Below, one piece after another: positions 10,609 through 21,600 of a DNA stretch of 64,000 nucleotides. The DNA is from Marsupella aquatica. Taxonomy: Eukaryota; Plantae; Marchantiophyta. Within the stretch, counting starts at the first letter, position 1; each line of letters starts with the position of its first letter. The DNA lies in contig OZ316892.1 in the NCBI GenBank assembly GCA_973895155.1, positions 28,234,307-28,298,306 of the forward strand, given 5' to 3'. The notes beneath the pieces were generated by a model, which was not told where the DNA came from, ran no database searches, and saw only the letters and a program-made list of their open reading frames with translations. Both the position numbers and the translations under genes were made by a program.

Positions 10609-13600
10609 CTACTCATCAATTATACCTTCCATGTAAATTTTCAGAGTTTTCAAAACATTCTTAGGAATTGTCAAACCTCTATCCATAATATTTTGTTCTT
10701 TAGCACTTGACTTAAACCCATACATTGCAGAATTTGCAAACTGCCAACTTTGAGTAACATTGTCAAACCCAGGATCCAGGATCCAAGTCTTAGTGGTTTG
10801 AAAGCAACGTTCATATCGAACATCATCCTTTGCATCATGCTTACCATGTTTAGGCCTCCACCATTGTACTTGGAACATAGGAGCATTCCTAAGAGGAATG
10901 CTCTCAACAAACGTTGAAGAAGACCCTTCAATATGTTGCAAATCTGTTGAGGGAACCTCATGGTTTGGATCCACACCACCCAAAGCTCGAACCAACCAGA
11001 AACGCCCTTTGCCATTTTCCTGTTCCCATTCATCCTCTGGACGTAAAAATACAAAGTGACCTTCTTGAATATCTTGTAGAGGAATCCAACGTGCAGGTTC
11101 TCGCTCTTGTCGTGCACCAACAAAGGGTGCAGCTTGATCTTCCATCTCTTCCATGTACTCATTTTGAAAGTCCATCATCTCTGGATTTTGAGAAGGTTCA
11201 CTTGACGGCTGAGATGTCCCCAAAATCATCTTGTAACCTATGCCATGGTTAGTCTTTGGCCAAAAATCAGTTGTCAATGGCAAATATCTTTCCCCCTCCC
11301 CTTCTATTGTAAGTTCCTCGGACAGTGCTTGCACAAGATTCTCCCAATATTTGACCAAAGGAAATCTCTCTTTATATGCTGCAGAGGTCTCATCCTTACA
11401 ACTTTTCTTCAAGAAATCAATATAGCGATTAAGGAATGGGATGATTTCTCCAGCCTTCTTTTGTACATCCCCAGATATAGGTTTTGCAAATGGTTGGCCT
11501 TCCGGTAAAATGAGCGCATTTGTGATGGGATCAGTTCTCCAAATGGACCTCCCCATTGCCGGAAGCCAAGGTTGCTTGACATGTGCTTTATATTGATACA
11601 CTGGCACATTATCCCTCATGGAGAAAAGAAATGCCACTGGTTTTGAGTGACCTTCTATCTCTTTCACCTGGAAAGTTTTCAAATACTCCTTGTAAGATGC
11701 AATCTCTTGAATCAATCGTGGTACAGGATGAATGCTTTCACACTCCCAAACCTCAGCCATCAACCCCAAGAGGGTAACAACCTCTTTGTATCTGACCTGT
11801 TTGGATACTTGAGAAAATAATGCATCCACGTCTTCATGGGTGTGGCCAACCATGAGGAATGACATTTGCACAGTTTCAAACACCCCCTGCTAACAAGCTC
11901 AGTGCAAAATGCCATCACATATTGATTTTTGTTATCTTTCCCTGAATTGTCCATCTGCAACGTTAGGTGCCTTGGTAAGGGCTTGAAAGAGCCCCTAGTA
12001 GTCTCAGGATCATCCTTAGAACCAACATCCACTGTGCTTGATTTTTTAGTCTCCTGACCATCTTCAATGCCTTGAAATTGAACAATTGAAACATTTTTGG
12101 GTTCCAAGTAACCGGCCAGAAATGCTTCAAAGTCTAGAAGGGACTGAAATATTGGCCTAGTTGCATTCCAATTCAATCCCTCAAGAAGGTCTCCAGTTTT
12201 GTCTCCTGTGTAATCTTCCAAATCTCGGAGGCATTTGGCCAAAGATGTCACGGTAAAGTCTGCATCTCCAGGCCAAAGTCCAGTCAAACTGAAATGTGCA
12301 TACACTCCAGGATCTCTTCCATGGGTTAACATCCCAGTAAGAGCAATAGGCAAAGGCTGACCACTACCAGAGAGGGATTTTGGAGTGGGGACCAACCTGG
12401 GGATCCAAGTCTTGGCTTGATCCATCTTATCGTGAATAATGCAAAGATAGTTTTGAGGATCCTTCTTTGCAAGAACCCTATGAGCATAGTAAACATATCT
12501 TCTTGACATTTGTTCACAAAGATGTCGCGCTCTTTTCTCTTCAATCTCTGCACGCTCTTTTTTTCTCTTCTCCCGCATCAATTGATCTTTGAACTCAATG
12601 CAAAATGTGCACTTGGCAAATGCACTTCCCTTGTGAAAGTCAAAATTATCAAATGAGTTTTTCCAGATGTTGTACATAGTAACTTCAGTAACCTTAGCAA
12701 ACCCATCTAATTCCATCTTGGTAAACACCTCTTGGAAAATCTCCTTCTTAGTAAAACAAGATGGGAGCCGATATTCAATAGTGTCAGTGCCGTTGGACCC
12801 ACCATAGGGAAGATGTGGCATTGGTTCCCCATTTTGGATTAAAATGGACTCCAACAAGGCGCGAGCGTGCAAAGTGCTTGATCGTGTCTTCCGTTGTCCC
12901 TGATTTCCATGGAAACCAATTGTGCAACCAGCTTCGTATTGATTTTTGTAGTCATAGTACTTTGTTGTACTGAACCCATGCATTTTAATAAATGCATCTT
13001 TACAAACCACACATCCCTTTAGAACAAAAAATCCCTTTCTCTTGACTTGCTCCTCTCTACACCCAAAGAGACTAAAGATGTGACTTGTTTTGTTGTCACT
13101 TGACATTCCATGGTATTCCCTCCTCATTGCCTCTAAGTCCTCCCTGGGCATGTTCAAGCAACACTTCAGCTTGCAACAACCTTCTCTTTGGATGGAATCA
13201 ATGGACTCCTCGTTAATTTTCAAAAGTGTCCTCGACTCCAAATGCCTTTTCTTCCTCTCCTCAAGATCAACTTTTGTCCTCCTAATGAAATTGTATGGTC
13301 TTTTTGTAGGTTTACCATCACCATCCGAATCCGGATCGCCCTTAGTTCGACCCGACTCCATCCACTTCTCTGAAACTTCCTCAAGGATATCCCCAAGAAA
13401 CCTTTGAGGCGAAATCAATAGAAGGGATTTGATTTCCCACCTCACCAAGCCAGGGGTACCAACACGGATATTTGGAAATAATCCGGGTTCATTGATATTC
13501 ACAACAGCAACACCAACATGATCTGCACCAAGAAGTTCATCGTCAACGGCACCTGTTTCAAATGGGACCGTGATAACACCTGTTGCAACCTTTCGACAAC

Positions 13601-14323
13601 GAGAAGCGTCATACAAATCAACCTCCTCCGCCATCCAGTTGGAACGTAGTGTAAAATCTTTTAATGGAAGATCATTGAAAATATTTGAACTACCAAACAC
13701 GCCAAAATCTCGAAGAGTGCCCTTTCTAGAAACATGCGCAACATCCCAGATAACCCAGGTATGCAAGGCCTCTGCTATTGTATCAGCTCCAGGGTGCGAG
13801 TATGGCAATTTTTGATTTCCCTTAACAATATCAGATATTCTTATACTGATGCGACCAACCCCGAGTGTTTCAGTATGACAAATATCCATCGGATTTGTCT
13901 TGAAAACAACTCCATTTGCAACCAACTGATCAAAATGAACATCTGAACTTCATCTCCTTCCTTGAACACGTCCTCTTCAACCCTTGCATCAATTTTGGAT
14001 TTATCATTTCCAGCATCTCCAGCCAAAGAGAAATCATCGACATTGATTCTTCGGCGCTGAGTTGATGACCTCAAGTATGCCAATGCACAATCCCAAATCA
14101 CGCAGGAGTCAATTGCCTCAGCCAATGTAGAAAATTTGGGCAAAGGAAATGGAAGTTGACGCGATCCATCAAAACACTTTTCGATCAATACCCCAATTCG
14201 ATTGTCCCCTAGACAAATGTTCTGTATAGTATCCTGGGGGTCAACCTTTTGAACTATCCCAATTGCCGTTTCAAATCCATCGATCACCAATGACACTTCA
14301 TCCCCTTGTGTAAAATTGATCAT
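10609..14323 (-). pseudogene. DDD-type transposase (Sola-like/DUF7869-type), ~1,240 aa after repairing two 1-nt frameshifts
   Basis: Joins ORFs 13841-14323, 11760-13925 and 10609-11883. Motifs VCKDAFIKMHG, CTFC, IHDKMDQ, LQMDNSGKDNKN and FLMVGHTHEDVDALFS; three N-terminal VAxG...LP.P...A....V.W-type repeats. Confidence 0.8.
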
Positions 14324-14450
14324 GATAGCAGACTATCTGTATTCAAATAAAGTTAGAAATTGTTAAGTTCCCCATGTTACAATCATGTTTCAAAATCTGG
14401 ACTCTCCTCCAAAAAATATTGTAAAATCACTCAAAACCCTAAATACATTC

Positions 14451-14900
14451 AAGTCGGGTCGGAATTATTTCGACCCTCCTCCAACATTATGTCTTGAAAT
14501 GATTGAATTGACTAAACATTTACAAGTCGGGTCGGAATTATTTCGACCCTCCTCCAACAATATGTCTTGAAATGATTGAATTGACTAAACATTTACAAGT
14601 TGGGTCGGAATTATTTTGACCCTCCTCCAACAATATGTCTTAAAATGATTGAATTGACTAAACATTTACAAGTCGGGTCGGAATTATTTTGACCCTCCTC
14701 CAACAATATGTCTTAAAATGATTTAATTGACTAAACATTGATAAGTTGGGTCGGAATTATTTCGACCCTACTCCAACTATTAAGTTGAAATTATGTCAAA
14801 ACTATTTGTGAAACTATCTTGCTTATGCTTTTATATACCAGTTTAAAATGCTAGTTAAGATGACATAGTCAGGTCGGCACGAAATAATTCTGACCCACTT
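14451..14900. repeat. 73-bp tandem array carrying the palindrome GGGTCGGAA-TTA-TTTCGACCC, upstream of the transposase
   Basis: Units start at 14451, 14524, 14597, 14670 and 14743 (partial); a degenerate inverted copy lies at ~14872-14900. Confidence 0.92.
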
Positions 14901-16136
14901 CTAGAAACTATGTTAGTAATCACATAAAGGGGTACAGTAAGTTCTACACATGCTAGACTGTGGATAAAGGTCTAGAATGAGTAAAATATATGATCTAGAA
15001 CCTAATGTGTAAATCTTAATCTAGGTTTGGCTTAAAGGTATTGAATTAGATGTAGTTGAGCTAGTACTTCTAAGATAAATAAATAAAATCACTAACCTGC
15101 TCCGCAATATATCTCTGTCCACCCTTGTACAAGCTAAATGGGTACCTTGGATGCCAGCATTGTAACTCTTAGCACCATAGTGCTCACCAGTGCCCTTACT
15201 AAACCTTGCATTCAACCATGCGGACCTAAACAAGGCACTCGGACAGAGGAGAGTCAGTGATCGTACCAATCACTGCCTAAATGACAATGAACCAAAAAAT
15301 AGATTGTGGGAGGTCTATACTCAGTTTGAGAGGCAAAAAGCCCACATATTACCCAGCACACGAGTGGACACCAACAGATCGGGCACGGGTGGATGAGGCA
15401 CGCACCCAGCACACAAGTAGACATCGGATAGGGTGTCAGCCAATCACTCACGAGTGATAGGTGAGTTGCGAGCACACACCGCTGACAGCTCGGAAGTTTA
15501 AAATTGGTAGGTGAGTCGCGAGTGGTCGTGAGTGGTCACACCATCGGTGACTCACGATCACATGCACCGAGGAGGGTCTCCATCATTGGCGCGCATTGAT
15601 GCCTCCGTACCCTCTCGGATCCTTGCCTCCTCGGACTCCTCGCTCGCAGGGGGTATAGGAAGGCAGGCCTTGCGCTTGAGGCCTCATTTCCTTGCCTCCC
15701 TCTTGCCTCCTCTCTCGTCTCCTCACTCCTTGCCTCCCTCTTGCCTCGCTCTAGGGCTTTTGTTTTTGCCTCGCTCTTGGGATTTGTTTTCCGCCTCGCT
15801 CTAAGGCTTTTATTTCCGCCTTGCTCCCTTCCCTTTTGGGTCGCTCCCTCGATCATTGTTTGCCTGTTAGTGCCCTCTTGCAGCCTGTGGCATTCTCCAT
15901 TGCTGCCACGTGTCATCTTAAATCTCACTCGCCCCTTACAATGTCTACTTCCTCCAGTTCTGAAGCTTCCACCACCTCCGCTAGTTCTCAAGAGTCATTG
16001 AACTTCAATTATAACTCTCTGTATGAATATGACCCTGAAGACCCGGATGTCCAAAAATTGGTTAACAATGCGTTGGAGGCGTCAAAGAAAGCCCAGTTAA
16101 CTTTTCCACGTAAGGCACCACCAGCTTCAACTTCTT

Positions 16137-16803
16137 GCCTCGCCCTTAGGGCGAGACAACTTTACTTTAATTTGGATTTCAAACTTCTTATTAGGAAAAT
16201 TTCTATATTCCTTTGCAGTCGCCTCGCCCCAAGGTCGAGGCGACGTCTACTTTATTCTAGATTTCTTGTTGCTCCGAAGGCGTATTGGACCTTGTATCTT
16301 ACATTAATAAAGGATCTTTAGCTATATTCTATTTTTTGCCTCGCTCTTGGGGCGAGGCGATGTCGTCTGCATTCCTCAAATGTAGTCTGCATTCCCAGAA
16401 GTTGCCTCGCCCTTGGGGCGAGGTGATGTTATCTGCATTCCTAAATGTTGTCTGCATTCCCAGAAGTTGCCTCGCCCTTGGGGCGAGGCGATGTCCTCTA
16501 CATTCCTAAATGTTGTTGGCTTTCCCAGAAGTTGCCTCGCCCTTGGGGCGAGGCGATGTCCTCTGCATTCCTAAATGTTGTCTGCTTTCCAGAAGTTGCC
16601 TCGCCCTTGGGGCGAGGCGATGTTGTCTGCATTCCTAAATGTTTTTTGCTTTCCTAGAAGTTGCCTCGCCCTTGGGGCGAGGCGATGTCGTCTGCATTCC
16701 TAAATAATGTTTGATTTCTTGGATGAGGTGGCAGGGCTAATTGCACTAGGAGCAAAGAAGATTTTGCAATCTTCTATTTGTCGCCTCGCCCCAAGGGCGA
16801 GGC
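16137..16803. repeat. Intron-1 array of the palindrome GCCTCGCCC-NNN-GGGCGAGGC (9 copies; core period ~65 bp)
   Basis: Copies at 16137, 16221, 16338, 16404, 16469, 16534, 16598, 16663 and 16783. Confidence 0.95.
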
Positions 16804-18473
16804 ACCTTGAAAGTTTTCCACATGTCAATGTTAAAAATATGATGCTGACCATTTTGTTTTCAATGTTTCTTACCAGGAAAAAATCTTGAGAAGCTGGAGT
16901 TAAATATTATGGACGAGGATATCAAGGACTTTGTTTTCCCTGACCAAGATACTCCAGGATTTAGATGGGCACTAGAAGTTGGGGTGTCGGCGGAAGGCAG
17001 TCTCTTGATTTGTTTCAAGGGCCTCACAAGTCAATTGAATGACCGCAAGACAATTGTTACTCTAGGTCCAGTCGTCCTTGTGAACACGGACAACAACCGC
17101 AATGCAACGATTATTGTTGAGTCCAATGAGAAATCTCAGTGGATGAGACTTCTAGTGCCAATAAAACTCTACTCGACTTTACTGAATGTTGAGTGGATGG
17201 CTCGATTGGAGATAAGCGTAGCTGATATGGGATTCTTCTTAGATGGAGTAACAATTGATCAGATGTTTGAGAAGACGCGTTCTCAAATAAGTGGAGTTGA
17301 CCTAGTGTTTGGATTTCTCTACGTAAAGAAGCACATGCATGACAATGCGGACAGTGTGGACCCTCCGTCTACTTGGATAGTTCAAAGGATGATTGATAAG
17401 GCACATTTTTCATACGAGCAAGCAATCGACAAGAGTTTCATTTTTTGTCTAGAGTTTCAAGAGGCCGCGTGCCGGACGTGGATTTCAGAGATGAAGAAAA
17501 AAGAAGCAAAGCATAAGGCAAAGGAGAGAAAGAAGACAGTGGAAAGAAGTGCGCAATCAAAGACAGAGAAGAAACGAAAGCTTCAAGAGCCGGTTGTTCA
17601 ACAAGAGAAACAATCTGGGAGTTCACGCCGTAAGAAGATGGCTAAAAAAAATGAAGATGATGAGGGCCCCCAAAAAAAGCAGACAAAGAAGGCAAAGGTT
17701 GCGAAATCAAAACCAATGTCAGGGTCGACTTCAAACTTTGTCTTGCATCCAGAGGATGATATGTGTCCGACAGAAGGACCCAAAGAAGATGATGTGCTCA
17801 AAGGCCAAGAGGTTTTGCGTAATATTGAGCAGTATTATACTTTTGGCATCCGCGAAGTTTTTGATATTCCTGTAAAAAGTATTAATCCGCCATCGGCCGT
17901 TTTTGTATATCGAATGTTCAATCTTTCGCATGCAATGGAGATATCAAAGTCTATGATGAAAAACCCTGGACAGGAACCACAAGTTGCTGATTTGATTCCG
18001 TATCGCGAGAGCACTAAACAGTTGCTTCATTATGACAACACACCTCAGGATAGGAAAGAGTTTTTGATTGGTGTGAAGAAGCATGAGATCCAATTCCTTG
18101 CCATCAGTGGCCAGCATTCTGCAAGAGCTGCCCAATGGATCCAAGGGTGGGCCGAGACTAACGCCAAGCTGACAGATCTTGCCAACAAACTAAAGTATAG
18201 GAAAGCAAGGATCCTATCTGACCTCACTCCGAAGACAATTTTGGTTGAGCATTCAAGTTTATCGAATGTTGTCAATGATACTATGCAATTTAAGTCTTGT
18301 TTTTTAGAGACTATTGTTCATGCACGAAGGCAGTTTGAGGAGTGCGGGAAACCGCCGCGTCCAGGGATTGGGACCAATCAAAATACAGACAGGGAAAATT
18401 ATCAGGTACATGTTGGAGCAACGCAAACTATTCTTGATCCGCTTTGTTTAAAGATTGTCAATGGTAGAGGTTT

Positions 18474-18653
18474 GCCTCGCCCCAAGGGCGAGGCTGCCTT
18501 TTCTTGTTTTCCTTGGTTAGAAGATTAAAGCAAATGTTTGCCTCGCCCTTAGGGCGAGGCAACCTAGACTAGTCTCTCTAAGAATAATTCCCTAGTTCCG
18601 TTTCAGTCAATTGCGGTTAGATGTAGAGGTTCGCCACGCCCTTGGGGCGAGGC
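18474..18653. repeat. Intron-2 copies of the same GCCTCGCCC palindrome (3 copies)
   Basis: Copies at 18474, 18540 and 18633. Confidence 0.9.
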
Positions 18654-21600
18654 GGCTTAGCCTGTTTCAAACATAGGTATAAATTTTCTAACATATGCAT
18701 TGTACCCTGAAACTAATGTCAAGTCCATTGGATATGCAGGATTGGTTTGCCCTGGCAAAGGTTACAATGGGGAAGTCAAGCCTAAAGAGCATTTATTGGT
18801 TACTTTTTGCCGAAGATGAGCTCTTTGAATTATGACGGAACGTGTGTGCAAAATGGTTGAGTGGGAAGCTCCAAGACGGGGCTGGTGGGTATGGAGGGCC
18901 AAGACCCCCAAAATTGATCACTCCCGGTACCTTTCGATGCTTTGAAGGAGAGATTAGTAGCAAACAGATAATTGAGATCTTGAAGGATGTTGAAGAGGAG
19001 CGTGTCTTGCTGAAGAAGGATATCACCAACAAATCAGAGCTTGTCGCAATGGGAGACTTGGCCCTTACAATCAAGATAATGTCCAAATTGAGAACAGTCA
19101 TTATTGGCTATTTCGTGGAAAAGTATCGTGAGAAGTTTCCTGTTGGCACATCTTGGGAGTCTCTGGTGATATTGTTGCCTTCCTTGAAATCTGAGCTTGA
19201 GATGACAAACTTGAGGAGAGCAGCGGGTGAGGTTTACCTCAACAATTCATTGAAGAAGAATGTGGTCAATGAGAGTTTCCCACAAAGTCTGATGGTCAGA
19301 CTAGATGGGTTGTATTGTAAAGAATTTGGTGGGATTGGTCGTTCTCGCACAGAGCCTTTCTTGACATTTTTTAGTGAGAATTTGATGAAGATGACCGTGC
19401 CGGAAATGCTACAAGAGCCTTCGCCTTTGTGTCCTCTTGCCATTGTTGACTTCAGTAGGCTCCGACAACATGTTTGGACCGATGCTGAAATTATTGCATT
19501 ACTGCAATACATTGTGGATCTTCCAAGAAATCCAACAATTGTTGTTGTCATGACTGTGCATCCGGGGCCACTTGCTGCAAACATTTTGAGTGCCCTTAGG
19601 AAATTGCAACATGAAAAGGGAATGGACATCCACGTCGACTACGGGAGCTATCGACGGAGTGATACACCAGTTCCAGAGGGCTTACTTTTCAGTTGTGGTA
19701 TGGAGGAGATCATCTTTGCAGGAATCACCACTGAGGAGAAATTTGATTGGAAGCAAGTGTTCAGGCCTGGATTTAATTGCCAATTTTCTTACAATTCGGC
19801 GATCGACCCTGATTTCCAAGTGGAAGACAAGACGGAGAAGCGAGATAAGAATAAGAGTAAGACAAGTAAGGAGACAGAGACTGAGTCAACTTCGGCATTT
19901 CACATTGGAGATTTCTTACGAAAGGCTCCCATGTTTGAGATGGTGGGAAGTAGAGGTGGCTTTGTGAATATTCACGCTAAGCCAAAATGTATGCTGCAGA
20001 GTATTATTGAATTTTTTTCGGCTGAAGGGGAGACTATACTTGACTTTTTCTCGGGAGGACAGGTTATGAAGGTGTCATTGTTGTGTTTCAGAGAATGCTT
20101 TGCGTATTCAGACACTAAGGATGAATATGATTTCACTTAGGCATATGGAAGGGTTCTCTACGAGAAAGTTCCTTCCATAATGAGTGACCGGATGGGCGGT
20201 TCCAAATTTGGTAGAGCCCGCAATGGGGTTTTCGCGCATGTTGGTGCCAAAGAAGGCGTAGACCAGGGCGAAGATGATATTGAGGAAGGAGAATTGGGTC
20301 ACGACACAGACGACAGGGTCACCCGAAATTTGGATGAACGTGGAACACAAGTGGTAGGTATTCCCTACTTTGGTGTGGGGTTGGCTGATGTTGTGGGTCG
20401 ACCTGAGGGCGACCCACCAAGAAATCCCTTTGCCGGTGTAGAGAATTGGATGCACCAATCGGACCCAGATCTTACATCGTCCACATCGGACGCACATTGG
20501 AAGGCAACCGTAGATGGTCTAGGCAATATTGACGCAGTAGAATTGGGAGAAATGTCAGACATTGCGCTTGCAAAGGAGGATGATCGTCAAGTACCTGAGA
20601 CCGCTGCAAATGAAGAAGAGAAGGCAGGTGCTTCAAATCCTCCCCTGTCTCCTCTATATTGCTCATCAGAGACTAAATTGGTTTTTACAAGTGCTTCTAC
20701 AGGAAGCCCCGTAGTATTATCATTTTCACAAAATTCTGGATCCGAGATCGGCAGGACTGGATATATGAAAACAGTCCGTCCTGCAACTCATTTTATATGG
20801 AGAAATGGACCAAAGGTTGGAATGATAGAATCACTAGACGATGCTCCAAAGATAATGGCAAAATCAGATTACAAAAAACTGAACTTGAGACTGAGCCCAG
20901 TTTTTGCACCCCCATCCTTTGAAGAGCAACTTCCCAGTGGTATCAATTCCGAGATACAGAGTGTTCTAGGTGATCAAACAATAGATGAATTTGGGCATTT
21001 TAGCATTGGAAATTATTAGCCCATTCTTTGGTTCTTGGTATTTTAATGACAATCTAAGCTTTATCTTTGTAATAATATACTTTTTTACAGACCAAAGTTC
21101 CGTCGTAGAATCTCCTTCCTCAAAGGATTTTGTTGGCATTCCCTCGGAAAGCGTTGCTGTGGAGGAAGGGTTTGACCCAGGTATACTTTGGATCTAAAAA
21201 ATGGCAATTGAATGTAATTAATGTTTTTCTAGGAGGGTCGCCCCAGGGTTGTTCCTCTCTACTTCAAATGCTATAACAAAGTTTGTTTGATTTCAAATTT
21301 TGAGAGTTTTCCTCCGTAGTAATTGTTTAAACTTTGAGTCGCATTGACTAAGGGCTTATGTTAATGTTTCCAGAATTCACTCCAATACTACACTCTGCGA
21401 TCCGGCGAAAGCTCTTGGTTCTTGACCTTAACAAGATTTGTTGGGATTGCATTAAGACCAGAAGCTCAGGACCATGGCGAAATCAGACAAGTTTACGTGG
21501 TGTGCACTGGGGGAGACGTGGAGGGTTTAATTTCATGTATGTGGAGCGCCCATACCTCCACGAATTTCTATATGCAGCTTTCATGGTTTTTGACGTCGCA

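Noticed and set aside
14451-16803. Palindrome-plus-spacer arrays resembling CRISPR
   Set aside because: The spacers are near-identical copies of each other, there are no cas genes, and the context is eukaryotic introns.
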